Assembly: GCA_951406725.2 (NCBI GenBank) | Contig: OX597823.1 | Span: 44,454,001-44,518,000, forward strand | Length of the DNA stretch: 64,000 nt | Direction of reading: 5' to 3' | Source: Octopus vulgaris | Taxonomy: Eukaryota | Shown here: positions 41,690-56,157 of the stretch, piece by piece | How positions within the stretch are numbered: the stretch's first letter is position 1 | Layout of the letters: the number at the start of each line of letters is the position of its first letter | The notes under the pieces: generated by a model | Database searches by the model: none | What the model was told of the DNA's origin: nothing | Seen by the model: the letters and a program-made list of their open reading frames with translations, nothing else | Position numbers and translations under genes: made by a program

Positions 41690-42230
41690 AAGTCTTTCAT
41701 TTTCAGAGTTTAGAAAGAACTGAAAGTCTCTGGAGGGGACTTGTCATCCGTGGTCAATGGTAAAAAAGCATTCCTGTGGTTGGACGTCATTAAAATGACT
41801 GACTTCCTCCAGCAGCTTCAGGACATCTTGAATGACAACTCCATCAGGTCAATGTGAGCTACTGCCGAGAAGGGTAATGTGGTGAACTGCACCATCAGAC
41901 GTATGGTGTACGAAAATATCATGCACTTGTCCTATGTTTTGACAGGAGGGCAGTTCATGTCCGGCAAAGCCCAGGATACCCATGTAATCACGTGATCCAC
42001 AGCAAGAGATGGTCTCTTAAATCTCTTGGCTTAAATCACCTGGACAACTGCGTCTGCAAGACATTGGTGGAGGCCAATCGGGCATCCCACAGTGCCAAGG
42101 ACATGTTGAAGGCAGCCACCGGAAGCGTTGAGTGCAACAGGGATGGGGACTCTCTGATGCAGCAAGCTGCCGCTTAGGTTGCTGAATAGGGGTCGTTGCT
42201 GGCGTGGTGAGTTTATTGAATAAGCGGTTA
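41690..42230 (+). mobile_element. Tc1/mariner (maT/DD37D-like) transposase fossil, internally deleted
   Basis: QQLQDILNDNSIRSM..CTIRRMVYENI..SYVLTGGQFMS (HTH region) and WSLKSLGLNHLDNCVC (decayed WPPNSPDLNPLDY). Resembles 62663-63284. Confidence 0.6.
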
Positions 42231-42753
42231 TTTTGATGTATATAGTTGAAGGTGGGTGCCTTTATTCTGGGACCGAGTATATATTTTTTCCAATTTGGTG
42301 TCTTTGTTTTTCATTGTTTTGATTTGTTCTCAATTGCCTAAAGGTTTTGAATATTATCACGTATGTGCACCACGCGTGTGTGTGATATAACTGCATTTAT
42401 ATACTATAATATAATGTAATATAATATTAATGTAATATAATATAATATAATATAATATAATATAATATAATATAATATAATATAATATATAATACCTATT
42501 ATATAATATAATACATATATGTATGTGTGTGTATGTATGCGTGTGTGTGTTTGTGTACTCATTGTGATGATGCACTCTTTAAAAATATGAATATATAAAG
42601 GTGCATCAACAATGAAAAAGTTTTATTTTCATGTATAAGTAATTACGCACGCGTGTGAGATAAAAGGAGTGAGTGAGTGAGAGAGAGACACAGAATGTAT
42701 TAATGCACGTATGTATGCATGTAAATATATGCATAGGTAATTGGATATTTACG

Positions 42754-42799
<46 letters not shown>

Positions 42800-43096
42800 G
42801 ATACATGCATTTATTTGGAATCGTACACATACATGTGTGAGTGTGTATATGTGTGTGTATGTGTACAGCTACCTATACACGTGCATTTAACTTACGTGCC
42901 TATGTGTTTGTATAAATACATACCTAAGCATACAATTAGATGTGTGTGTGTAGGTATGTATGTATTTATGTATGTATACACACACACACACACACACATA
43001 TATATACATGCATACATATATATATGATATATTTATATAATATATAATATATATATATATACATACATATACGTATATATAATATAATTTATATAT

Positions 43097-43177
<81 letters not shown>

Positions 43178-43983
43178 CATACATACAAACATACATACAT
43201 ACATACATACATACATACATACGTACATACTTACGCCTATATATTCGTCGCACTTATGTCCACATAAGTGATGTATATAACATCAAAGTGCAGAAGTTAC
43301 AACAAAAAACACCGTTTCCAAAGGAAAACCGGATATTAATTGAGTTAATAATGTCACTTGAGAAGATCATACATAAAACATTATGAAAAAGAAAAATGCA
43401 ACAACTGTTTGGAGAAAGATTTATAGATTTTTCTGGTCTATCTATCCTCCCATCATGATAACTATAGAATAGGAATGGAAATGGAAATAGGAAAAACTAT
43501 TCATTTTGGTGCTGAAGCAATATAAGTGAATAAATAAATATACGTAACCCACATATATATGTAGCCTCGCTGCGAAATTATGCATACAAGAGCCTTTTCT
43601 GCAGTACAAGGTGTGAACGGAGAAAAAGGTTGCATTGTTATTTAGCAATTCATCAGAATTTGCTCACTTCTCTTTCTCAAACTGCGGATGATAGTAGCTG
43701 AGGGCTACTTATTAAAACGGAGGGAGAAAAAAAAAATGGAATTTTGGCATATATTCATTTACATAAAGTTGCAAGGTTGATGAGAAGACAGAAATTGCCG
43801 GAGCAGCAACTCAGCGTCGGATATGAATACATGCATACATATGTATAAATGCATGCCTGTATGCACAACTCTTTTCTCTCAATCTATCTATCTAGCTATC
43901 TGTCTGTATGTCTGTTTACAAACGTACATACATACATGTACAAATGCACACACACACACACGCACACACACAATTCCACACAC

Positions 43984-44435
43984 ACACGACTCGACACACA
44001 CGACTCCACACACACACGACTCCATGCACACACACGACTCCACACACACACACGACTCCACACACACACGACTCCATGCACACACACTCCACACACACAC
44101 ACGACTCCACACACACACACACACACACACGACTCCATACACACACATGACTCCACACACACACACGACTCCACACACACACACACACACGACTCCACAC
44201 ACACACGACACCACACACACACATGCGACTCTACACACACACATGCGCACACGACTCCACACACACATACACACACACGCGCGACTCCACACACACACAC
44301 GACTCCACACACACACATGCGCACACGACTCCACACACGCGCGCACGACTCCACACACACACACACACGACTCTACACTCATACACACGCATGCATTCAC
44401 ATATTCTCACACATACATGCATACACGACTCCACA
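43984..44435. repeat. Composite minisatellite [GACTCC(AC)n]
   Basis: Roughly 20 units of ACGACTCC separated by variable AC runs. Explains the His/Thr and Cys/Val ORFs here. Confidence 0.9.
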
Positions 44436-45199
44436 TACACACACACAGCTCTACACATACATACACACGCATGCATTGACATATAATCTCCCACATATAT
44501 GCATGCAAACAGACACCCTAACCACTAAGTCATGCGCCTCCACATTAAAATAGTGAGGTGGCAGTGCCATCCATGGCATCCCCTTAGCGACGGGCACTCG
44601 CCCGTTATTGTTCAATAGGCGTTTGATATTTATTTGATCTTAAGGAGGGTACATCGCAGCTTTTGCCAGTCAGTTTACAGTTGTTGCTCCTACTTCAAAG
44701 AGTTCTGCTTAGCTAAGCTTTACGTGTAGCATTTTCGGGTTTGTACTTTTTCAAAAATTAAGACATGTATTTTACTCCACCCACCATTAACAAAAAAGAA
44801 AAGAAAAAAAATAGAACCACCGATAATCTCCCCGCTAAAATAAAAAAATTAAAAAATAAAGTACCACCCAATCTCTTCACTAAAAGAAAAAAAAAAGAAA
44901 AACGGAAAAAGAAAGAAGAGGTGTTAACTTGAAATAATGAAAAGCGAGAAAATGAATTCATATCTATAGCGATTCGCTCCGGAAAACTATTGTGCATTGT
45001 TTGTAAAAATAGTTTCTTACATAATGGGAGACATGATCTCAATGGAAGCTAAAACAGCAAGACAACATAAAAAGATGGAAAATTGAAGTTAGGGCTTGTG
45101 CCTAAATAACAAAAAAAAAAAAAAGAAAAGAAAAAAAGAAAGAAAAATACATGGTTAAGAAAAGGGAAGCAATTAAGCGAATGTAAAATGTATATGTTT

Positions 45200-46430
45200 T
45201 GAAAGAATTTGTGAAAGTTTGGCGATAAAAGGAGCGTTCTATAAAATTACTTTAGTGTTATCAGTAGAAAAATCCTTGTCTCCAAATATTTGCAACAAGA
45301 TGTCTTGGTGATAAAAATATCGAAAGAAAAGCAGACAAAATTGCTCTGTCAAAGCAAAGTTACGAGACACATCAAAGAACTCTCTTGTGAGGTATTTGAG
45401 AAGCCGAAATATTTTTCAATGCTTATTCTTTGTTCTCTTTAGCTTTGAACGAATCTACTGTCAATTTTATAATAGAATTTGATGACAGCTTCAGTATCTT
45501 TGAAGTTGCTTCACGGAAAAACAAGAGGATCAGATAAAATGATTAAAGGCGCACCTTGAAAATCTAGAAGTAGATTTTTATTAAAGTCATAAGTATTTAC
45601 ACTGGTGCTAATCCGTTATGCCGTTGGAAGTACAACTTCGTATGTAAATCTCTTAGATAGTTCATTATCAAAATATAAACGTACACCACAAGTTGTTGGG
45701 GAGAAAAACTTCAAACATGCAGCATTTTATATCAACAGTTATGAAATACAGGAATAAATTTTGAGCAAGTGTACTAAACAGAACAATTAAGAAAATATTG
45801 TAGTATATTAGATTTGGAATATGGCGATCATGTCCTCGATTGTTGTCGTGCACTGGAATTCTAAAGGACAGGTTCTGAATACAACTTGGAAATTGAAAAG
45901 TTCTGTTAATAATTTTCTTGAATAGAAAAACCGAGCTCTCGCAAAGGACCATCTGAAAATGTAATAACAATTGACTGTTTGATTTAGCATTTTCAGTTGA
46001 CGTGACCAGCCAATTCAATGATCTAAATATGAAACTGCAAGAGAGGGACAAACTGTTGTCTGGTTTAGTAAATGATATTAACACCGTCAAGATGAAATTA
46101 AAACTGTTCATCTGTTAGCTAGAAAATAGATTGAACCAATTTCCTCAAAGGAGCGGAGTAACTGTGCTGGGGATAAAGGCAACTTTGCAAAATATGTTAA
46201 ACAATCAGGTTACTTTAACTTGAAGGCCATTTCATAAATTTGCTATACGTTGTATACTTGTATTGTAAGGAACTTAGTGAACATTACATAAATGAATAAA
46301 TAACATCATGAAAACGCCTGGTGACATACGAATGGAACTTATTAACTCGAAAACAAATTCATTATCAAAAACGAAATTTGATAAGTTTCTTTCAGCTCTA
46401 AATGCTTTTGTCATAATTAATTTTTGACGA
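45200..46430 (+). mobile_element. hAT Charlie/Buster (GTF2IRD2-like) transposase fossil
   Basis: FSLALNEST (for FSLALDESTD), KTRGSD, HWNSKGQVL (for RWLSRGKVL) and LAFSVDVTSQFNDLNMKLQ..KMKLKLF. Many stops and frameshifts. Confidence 0.75.
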
Positions 46431-46554
46431 TCTGTGAATATATATTATAGAATTTCTGTGAACATATTTTAAAAGTAAGAAGATTAGCCTAGAGTTACAT
46501 CTGTCGCTTCAGAACCTCGTATAGAAGTGAACGAATACTTTCATACATAAAACT

Positions 46555-46608
<54 letters not shown>

Positions 46609-46761
46609 AGAGAGAGTGAGAGAGAGAGAGAGACATACACACACACACAGAGGGAGGGGAGAGAAGTCGCAACCAACTGATTTAAGTTTGAAGACTTCAC
46701 TGATGGTTTCACTCAAAACATTAAAAGCTTAACGAAATCTAAATACACCAAAATCTTTATA

Positions 46762-47337
46762 CTGGGTTGTCTGGAAAGTACGTGCCGATTTTTAAAGGAA
46801 AGAAAAAGGTCAATAAATACTTGCCATTACATTTTTAATCAACCAAATATGAACCATTTTGTTGCACAATGCGTCTTCATCTTCCCTTTAACTTGAAAAT
46901 ACCCTCTTCCCAGAATTGAGGTGGCTTTATGGCAAAGAATTCATCAAGGTATCTTTTTACGTCATCCAAGGAATTGAAATTTTTACCATTAAGACTATTC
47001 TGTAGAGATCTGAATAAGTGGAAATCCGAAGGAGCAATATCTGGTGAATATGGAGGGTGGGGGTAACACATCCCAGCCGAGCTGCAGCGATTTTTGTCCA
47101 GTTCCCAAAGCATCAAGTGCCGAAAATGAACTTTCTTATCATCCATTTTAAAGGGTTACAGAATTAATACAGGTTATAGGAACATAAACCTTCTTTCACA
47201 AAAAAAAAAAAAAAAATTGCTTAAACGGTGCTCTAAATGGAGGTGTAGTCAAATCCTATTTTATGGACTCAACTATGTTCTAAAATAAGTCAAAATGTAA
47301 GCTACTATAAATCGGCACGAACTTTCCGGAAACCCAA
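46762..47337 (-). mobile_element. Internally deleted mariner element
   Basis: ~30-bp TIRs (C/T)TGGGTT(G/T)..GGAAAGT.CGTGCCGATTT with TA flanks. ORF 46877-47146 fuses the N-terminus to HPPYSPDIAPSDFHLFRSL. Confidence 0.9.
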
Positions 47338-47370
47338 TATTAACTTATCATCGCATGTAAAAATGTTCAA

Positions 47371-47541
<171 letters not shown>

Positions 47542-48080
47542 ATATCTATCTATCTATCTATCTATCTAGCTAGCTAGCTATCTATCTATCTACCCGCCTC
47601 TCTCTCCTCCCATATATATATATACTAGAATGTTATGGGAAACGTTGAAAGCTTGCTTTACTCATTATGGGTAATATCAGGGAATATAGCATAATACAAT
47701 AACTGTAAACTAAATTTTTATCAAGTTTCATGGTGTTTATACAAAAAATGATGAAATGAATACTAATTTTCTAAAAAAGAAATATTCATTAAAATAAAAT
47801 TAAGCAAGCAATATCCAAAAATTAGAAAGGAAATCGAAAATGTTGATTTTATATTTCAGAAGACCACACACACTCACCTACTATGTATCTGTCTGTTTGT
47901 CTCTGCAAAAAAGATACAGAGTTAACATAACAGGTGTAGCATGAGTGCACATACAAGGCTTGTCCAGCGCTACACACGCACAGTAAAAAAGAATCATAGA
48001 GACAGGAGGTGAAGAGAGAGATATTCCAAAACATTTCATTTAATCTTTTCTTCAATTTAATTGTTTTTCTTGTTTTACTC

Positions 48081-48118
48081 TTAGTTGAAAAAGTCGAAAA
48101 GACTGAAACCGGTACTAA
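48081..48118 (+). ncRNA. Compact hammerhead motif with degenerate first core box
   Basis: TTAG-TTGAAAA(for CTGAAGA)-AGTC gaaaa GACT-GAA-ACCGGT-A-CTAA. TA-rich tract ~60 bp downstream. Confidence 0.55.
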
Positions 48119-48670
48119 CCTTTACAAAATGTATTTCATGATAAAATTATTTTAGTATTTTCTACCTTGTCTTATATTCTTTATATATATACATATATAT
48201 ATATATTTACATATATATACATATATATATATACATATATATATTTACATATATATATATACATGCATATATACATACATAAATACATATATATATATGT
48301 ATAGAATGCTTGAAGTGGTGTACAGATATAGCATATTGAGAAAAAAAGAGGCAGTCGGAATTTTGTGTATATATATACAAAAGTAAGTATATATACTGTT
48401 GTATCGCACGTTCGACGTACGCTATAACGGGATAATAAATAACGTCCTAGCAAATCATGTTACTCAAGATATACAATACTTGTAATTACACTCGACAATG
48501 CACAATCCTCAGTTTTACACAGCTCACCGACTCGCCTAAACTCTCTGCGCATGTCCATTTATATTGTGGCATAGTCCATTAGGAGCCAACCAGATAGGGG
48601 TATTCTACTTCCACATAACATATACACATGTATATATACATACATGTATATATATGTATACATACATACA

Positions 48671-48702
<32 letters not shown>

Positions 48703-48850
48703 CATATGCATATATATGTGCATGTATTTATAGGCGCAGCGATGGGTGTGTAATTAGAAAACTTGCTTCCCAACATATGGGTTATGTTCAGTCCCGGGCC
48801 GAACAATAGCTTGAATGGGTTTGGAAGCCCATTCTCTCCCTCACACACAC

Positions 48851-48901
<51 letters not shown>

Positions 48902-50499
48902 AACACACACACACACACACACACACACTTTCTCTCTCTGTCTCTCTCTCTCTATATATATATGTATATATATATAATTGAAATTTAAAGAAAACAAGAC
49001 AAAGGCAGGTGTAGGGACAACAAGCAGCGGTATTAGTTTATCGCTCGAGAAGAATGGAAAATTCTTTTACGATAAACACTGAGAAAAAGGAGGTAGTCAG
49101 AATTTTGGATAAACCTTTATTAGCATTTTCTTTCATTTTTCGAACTCAAGACAATAGTAAAATCAAAATGGTAAAAACAGAACGTTTCTTTGTTTATTTA
49201 TATGAATCGGATGATTTTTTGCTTTGTTTAGAAGACGAGAATATTGTTTCTATTATTTTGGAAAAAAGGGGTGAGAGAGAAAGAAAGGCAAAGAGAAGAG
49301 GAAATAGATAGAAAGATAGGTTTCAGGCCAATCAAGAAAGAAAAGAAAAAATAGTAATAAAGGATGGGGAAAGGATGAATAGATAGACAGATAGATAGAT
49401 AGAGAGAGAGAGAGAGACAGAGAGAGAGAGAGACATAGAGAGAGACATAGAGAGAGAGAGAGATTGAGAGAGATTGAGAGAGAGAGAGAGAGAGAGAGAG
49501 AGGGAAAGGGAGAGAGGAAGAGAGAGGTAGGTTTCTTTTCAATTTGATGTAATCAGTTCATTGAAATTTCATTACAAAGCATTTTTCTTTTTCATTTCTC
49601 TTTTCTTTTTTCTTTACATTATATACCTATCAACATATTTGTAAATACACATTTTCTCAGAAGAGCTGGCGACCTTTCAATGATGTCAATTTTAGGAAGT
49701 AGGATGGAAGAAATAAGAAAAGTGGGGAGGGTGCAGTCATCACTGAAAAATAAAAAAAGAGTTCAAAAGTTCTGTCCTATGAAAATGCATATTCCTTTAC
49801 ACTATATAGCCAAGTTCCATATTCTGTATAATTCTATGTTTTGCATGAACAAGCATTAAATATTAGTACAATATTCATAAATTATAAAAATAAAATCAGA
49901 ATATAAAAAGTAATTTTGCACTGTTTATAATCAAATCTATTCTCTATGTACATTTAATCAAGCATCATAATTGAGTTTTGTATGCATATTGTATATTTAG
50001 CTGGAAGCTATTCTGTAGGATATATATTATCCAATAAAGCAAGGCCTGCTTAAATTTTTTTTTTTCAGTATCTTTCATCATTTTGTAGGATTTTTTCTTG
50101 CTTGCTTGGATAAGAGAATTCAAAAAGATCTTTTCCACGAATTACTTTGCCAAATAGCGACATTAGATATCTTTCCTAATCACTGGTAAAATGGTTCTAG
50201 TATTCTTTCTCGAGTATAAGAATAACAATTGTCAAAATCCCAATGTTATATACATATATATTTGGTCATTTATAAAGAGGAGTATCACATTATTAACATT
50301 GGAGCCACATTCAGAAACAACAGTAATCTAATATATGTCTGTATGTCTGTCTGTCTGTGCGGTTATAACTCGAGTGTCGTTCATTCGATCGCGTTGAAAT
50401 TTTAAACATGGATACATGAGAGATTGGGGAGTAACGTGATCTAAAAAGATTTTCAAAATTGTAAGTAGTGTAATATAAATGTTTTCTCTTCAAACATTA

Positions 50500-53460
50500 T
50501 CATTATTATTAAAAAATAATTATAAAGATGTCGTTCCTCTGCTATTCTTTCAAACATTCAATTTTGGAGATAATTTTTTTAATGAAGTATAGCTACATTG
50601 ATTTTCGGAATTTTGGATCATCTCTTGAACATTTGTAAAAGGGAAAGATTTTGAACTTTCCTTCACCGCATATTTCTAGATGCTTGTTCAGTGGAATCTT
50701 GCGCAATTCTTCTTGTCAGATGTGTTGTCAGTGGATTCTTGCACATTGGCAGAGGGAATTGTTTGTTTCACCAATGTAATTTTCCTTGCAGTTGGGGCGA
50801 GTAATACAGTATATGAGTTTCTGCGTCTTGCAGTTCATATCTGCATTTACTTTGAACGAGAATCCGCTCTTGAATTTTATGTGGGAAACACTTTCTAAGT
50901 ATTTAAAGTTGTTGTTATTGTTGCATGTTCCACATCTGCTGTCTCCACATACTTTTATGGAGAATTCTGATGTGTGAGGGATGGCAAGAGTAGAAATTCA
51001 AATATTGGTGTGTGTCGGTCTTTTTTTGTAAAATGTCTGTTGTGACTGTGGAGTTGTGTATTTTTATGTGAATATCCAGGAATGACTATTCATTGCAACT
51101 GGATTCTACGTGAAGTTGAAGGATGGGTGAAGTGTGTTGAGTATATCATTAAATATTTGTAGGTCCTCATTTGACTGGTCCCAAAAGATGAAGCAGGTTC
51201 CACTTTTTAATTATGTATTTATTATAATCCTGGTTAAGAGCTCTCTCTACTTCTCTCATCAAGCTTTTCTTCCAAGTATTCCAGGACTAGGTAAGCATAT
51301 GATGATGCAAACCGCGTTCCCATAGCCGTGCCCTTTATCTGTCGATATATTTTATTACCAAATCTAAAGGGTTTTTTCTAGTACCAGGCGTGTGGCCTTG
51401 GCGATTAAGTCAGTTTTGAAGTGTTCATTTACCTGTCCTCTATGTTTCTCTACCCAGTGTTTGATGGCTTCCAGGCCCAAAGTGTGAGGTATATTGTACA
51501 AAGATTGGTGACATCAAAGCTTGTAAGTATAGTACCTTCCGGGACAGTGGGTGAAATGTGCTGGAGATCTATGCCGTCCCGTATATAGCTGGGTATTAAC
51601 GAACATAAAGGTTTTAGGAGTATGTCCCAAAAATGACTCAGTTGCTGTGTTAGTGCTTGAGGTCCAGCAACTATTGGTCTCAGTTTGAGGTCAATAAGTC
51701 TTAGTATTTTTATGTATTGGTTCCTCTGCTCATTTATGGCTCTCTGTATTTCGGGGCTTTTGTGGATTTTTGGTAACCCGTAGAAATTGCTCCCTTTGAT
51801 TACAGAGTTGCATAGATAATCTTTCTCCTTTGATTTTATTCATTATTGCTCTTTCCTGGTGTCTTGGTTCTTCCTTGTAGTAGGTTTGATCAGTTAGATT
51901 TCCAATATTTTATCTTTATAGTAGTCTTTGTCCATGATCACTATCATCGCTCCCTTACCGGCTTCTTTTAGGATGATTGAATTGTCATTCTACAGTGTTA
52001 GTAAGGTTTCTTTTTCTTCTTCACGAAGGTTTTGTTTGCATTTACGGGTACTCAGGAGAACTTTCGAAATTTTGTCGAGATGTTTGTCATTCACTTTGTA
52101 GGGCGGGAAGTGGGATTTATTTCTGACAAGTGATTCGTCATTTCTATCCTTATTGCCGAAGATGCTATAAGCCGGAGGTGGTGGTTAAAATGCCCAATAT
52201 CAGCTTTTGAGATTTGGGGTGGATGTCGGTGTAAATTTGAAACCTTTCAATAGAGGATTCATCTCACTCTTGTTGAGGTTTCTATTTGAAAAATTTATGA
52301 TCTTTGGGTCTATATGCTCTGCGTACTCATTAAAGGTTTCTGTTGCGTCGGGTCTGGTTCGCGATTGTGGTATTTTCTCCGTAAAAAAGGAATTGTATTA
52401 TTGTGTTTCCATTTTCTGTTTCTGGTATTCTGGTTCCCTAGTAGGTGAGGGGATGGTTCATGTTCTTTGTACGTATTTCGTTGTCTATAGGTTCTGTCTT
52501 CTTCCCATCTTCTATGTTTATTGGGCCATTCAGGACGTATGGGATTGTTGGTCGTAAATCGTGAGTTTCTTGAGTTTCCATGATGATTATTAATATGCTT
52601 TCTGTGTTTTCCATATTTTACTTGTCTTTTTTTTCCATGTATTCATCCATCTAGGGTACTTGGTATTATGGGTTGGCGGTTGACTCTATGCTACTTGTCT
52701 TGTCTTTTCCTCCATGTGTTCATCTAGTGTGTTTGATATTATGCGTTGACGTTATCTTCGACATTCCATGTCATTGTTTATTGCAGTGTTATGTTTTGGT
52801 ATTGCAGAGTATGGGTTTCTAGTCTGCACTTGGGGTGAGCTGAAGGTCATCTCCGCATATGTTCTTGGAAAACTAGAGGATACCTTAGTCTGGTTCCTCT
52901 GGGGCAGGTATCTTTTCTTATAATTTTTGTTGTTGTGATGGTTTCGTTTTCATAAGGGATTAGTTGTTGTTTTTTCATAGTGAACCACTCATGTTTTCCC
53001 CACATTTTTATGAATTTTTCTTCTTCCCGCTTAGTGTCTTCTTTCCATAGTTGTAATTTATCATGACTTTGATTGTTCATTCGTTCGGCGATTTCAACGA
53101 ACATCACTGCATCAATTGTTTTGACTTTCTCTTCGTGTCAAGTTTTTCGCGAATAGAGAAGAGAAATGCTCGCTTCCAGTCGGCATAAAGCTAAGTTTGC
53201 ACGCATCGTCGTTTCTTCCAGTGATTCGCCTCTTATTTCTTCAATAAGAAATTTTCTGGGAAGGATTAGGTTTTCTTTGCTTCACCAATTTTGATAGGTG
53301 TTGGCTATGTTGTTACATCGAATGCTTTTTCAATATGCATGTTTACGTTGATTTAAAAGCTCGTTCCAGAGTTGCGTTTTCAAAGGATTTTGCTGTTGTG
53401 TATCAATTCTTGCGTCTTGAAAATTTTTCTTTTAGATAGGTTCGTTCCTGTTTTTAGAGT
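50500..53460 (-). mobile_element. Penelope-like retroelement (RT + GIY-YIG), decayed
   Basis: FYGLPKIHK, LRPIVAG, TSFDVTNL, IYRQIKGTAMGTRFA (RT). Then NCKTQKLIYCITRPNCKENYIGET..PKLN (GIY-YIG endonuclease). The catalytic DD segment appears deleted; many stops. Confidence 0.9.
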
Positions 53461-54045
53461 ACCTTGTGTATGAGTGTTATTCACAGTTTCATACTTTCCT
53501 GAGTATACGGAAATACTCTTTTGTTATTCTGGCTTTAGTCACAGTACCAATGTATGCAACATTCTCATAGATTCCAAGGTACTTGTAGTTTTCATAATTA
53601 GAGATATGGGAGATAGACAAGCCGTTGATGTGCAAGTTCTCTGTCTGGTCGACAATCTTTCCTCGGTTGACTATTATTTATTAGTATTTATCTTGCACAA
53701 ACTCCATTCCTATATCTCGTGAGAATGTTGTGACTAGTTTTGTCTCTTGCTGTTGATCATATTATCAGAATATAAATTTTGGTCATCACCAAAAAATGTG
53801 TGAGTGACATTAATTTTATTCTTATCTGCATATCTCAGCATGTAGCCTTGGCATTTTGTTAACAGGCTGACAAAGGATTCACTGCCATTACAAGCAGTTT
53901 ATGCCTGTTGATAGCTTAATTCTGTTTGTAACAATAAGTATTGCTTTAATTGCTTTAATAGTTGTCACAGGTTACTGTGTGGACCATGCTGTGGTCAGTC
54001 TTTCAATAGCATTCGCTATAGAAAGTGGTAGTTTGGCAATGTGTA
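53460..54045 (-). mobile_element. R4/Dong-like RT fragment
   Basis: IAKLPLSIANAIERLT, THTFFGDDQNLY, VTTFSRDIGMEF and YKYLGI, homologous to ~36100-36700. Confidence 0.75.
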
Positions 54046-54963
54046 GTATGTATGTATACATGCAGGCACGCATGCACACACACACACACACGCGCGCGCG
54101 CACACACATTTACGTACATACATCCGTATATATATATATATTTATATATATACACACACACACACATGCAAGTGATGGGACAAACGAAAGAAAGTAGCAA
54201 GCACTCAACACATTTAACAGGATTTAGATATAGTTTTAATAACAGCTACAGTCAGCTCCTTGAGAATTCAAGTTTCATGTGCACGTAGAACACATAGATC
54301 TTATTAGATGTTAGAAACATCTAATGAGATGTACAGGTCTATACGAAGCACCTCACACAAGGTGAATCCGTACTGGAAGAAAAACTAGAGAGGTAACACA
54401 AGATATTTCTAAACTTCTAAGACGTAAACTAAGATGCATAAGTGACTTTCTCTTTTCTTCTGTCAAAATATAACTCTCTACCTCTTCTTCTCTTCACTGT
54501 TAAAGATAATGAAAATAGAAAAAAATCGATCGTATTTAAACCTAATTTTAATTTTAACTTTAAATGGCTCCGAGGCTTTCCTCTCCCTGCCTCTATCTCT
54601 TCGCACCTTTCCCCACTGTTAAAAGCCAAAAAACAAAAGCTACACAAATAAACAAAAAATCCCGAAAAGAAATCGATCGCATTTAATTCTTATAACTTTC
54701 AAATGATATAGATTAATTTCAAGTTCTCAAGTTATGTTGTATTGACGAGCCCAGAATGAGGGAGAAACGGCGTTATCTAAAACTGCTACAACTACAGGAA
54801 TATCCAATAAATGGATTTTATGAAAATATGGAAACATCATATACCCTTTCACTAATAGGAAAAAGATCTTTCATGATGAGAAGAAAAAGAAAAGATAAAA
54901 TATAAACCATGAAGCGGCTCCCTCCCCTTAAGGATAATGTATACTCACTCTGTCATCTCATAG

Positions 54964-55009
<46 letters not shown>

Positions 55010-55197
55010 ATTTCCTTTCTTGCTCCATAAGCAAAAATAAGTAGCAGCAGCTGTAGTTCCCAGTCAAGTAGCCACAGTTGTGTGATAATTTTGAGAGAAA
55101 TTCATGATGGATTCTACAGGTTTATGATTCTATTGGTTATCTTAGGTGACGTAGTATTAAATGCTATCAAAGCACCAACTATTTTCGTTATTTTCAG

Positions 55198-55389
55198 GGC
55201 CTTATCTTCAGACAGAATGCTGGCAGGATGCTGGCGGCACTTTAGTGGAAGGTTGCGGCATAGTATGTTCAACGATATCAGTTTCATGTGTTAGGAACAG
55301 CACATGGTGGGAAGGGATGTTGGCCCGAGTCAATAGCTTAATCACCGATCGGTGTAGTCTGAATACATGCGAGGCAACGATCTTTACGT
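55198..55389 (+). CDS. Candidate internal exon (192 nt, phase 1-1, Cys-rich), product unknown
   Basis: Acceptor TTTTCGTTATTTTCAG ends 55197; donor GTGAGT starts 55390. Open frame GPYLQTECWQDAGG..CSLNTCEATIFT. GC is higher than the flanks. Confidence 0.3.
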
Positions 55390-55661
55390 GTGAGTGACGT
55401 AATTTGATGGTATTGAGTTACAATTGTAGTTGCATGATTAACTACTGTGAGCTTTAGTTTATACGGTCCAGTACACACTCGCACATGCATACATGCATGC
55501 GTATGTGTGTGTATGTATGTGAATGTGTGCGTGCGTGTGCGAGCGATATACATGCATACAAACATATGTATCTATGTAGGTGGGTGGGAATGTCCTATTA
55601 GCAAATGAAATGTGTGATGGTAATTAAATAATGCCCAAAAATTTTCCAGATTCCTGTTTTG

Positions 55662-55712
<51 letters not shown>

Positions 55713-55863
55713 AGTGTTTTTGCTTTTGTTTGTCCACCACCACCTCTTACAACTAGTGTTGGTGTATTTACGTCTCAGTAACTTATATATACATATATGT
55801 GTGTGCATGTGTATGTGTATGTATGTGTGTGTATGTATATATATGTATATATATGTATGTATG

Positions 55864-55946
<83 letters not shown>

Positions 55947-56065
55947 ATATGTATATATATAATGTACATAGATACACATTTATACACACACACATACACA
56001 CATGTATACATTCATGCACATGCGCACACATATATGCATATATATTTATGCGTGAATGCATATAG

Positions 56066-56125
<60 letters not shown>

Positions 56126-56157
56126 ACACACACACACAAACATACACATGTATCTAT

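Noticed and set aside
43823-44553. 218-234 aa His/Thr-rich ORFs and CRISPR-like periodicity
   Set aside because: Stop-free minisatellite. The spacers are AC runs rather than unique sequence, and the context is eukaryotic with no cas genes.
53901-54197. Hydrophobic, membrane-protein-like ORF
   Set aside because: It is the antisense reading of the R4/Dong RT fragment plus microsatellite.
54735-54780. Hammerhead-like TTGACGA-GCCC..GGGA-GAAACGGCGT
   Set aside because: Core, stem I and stem III are all imperfect; too degenerate to call.
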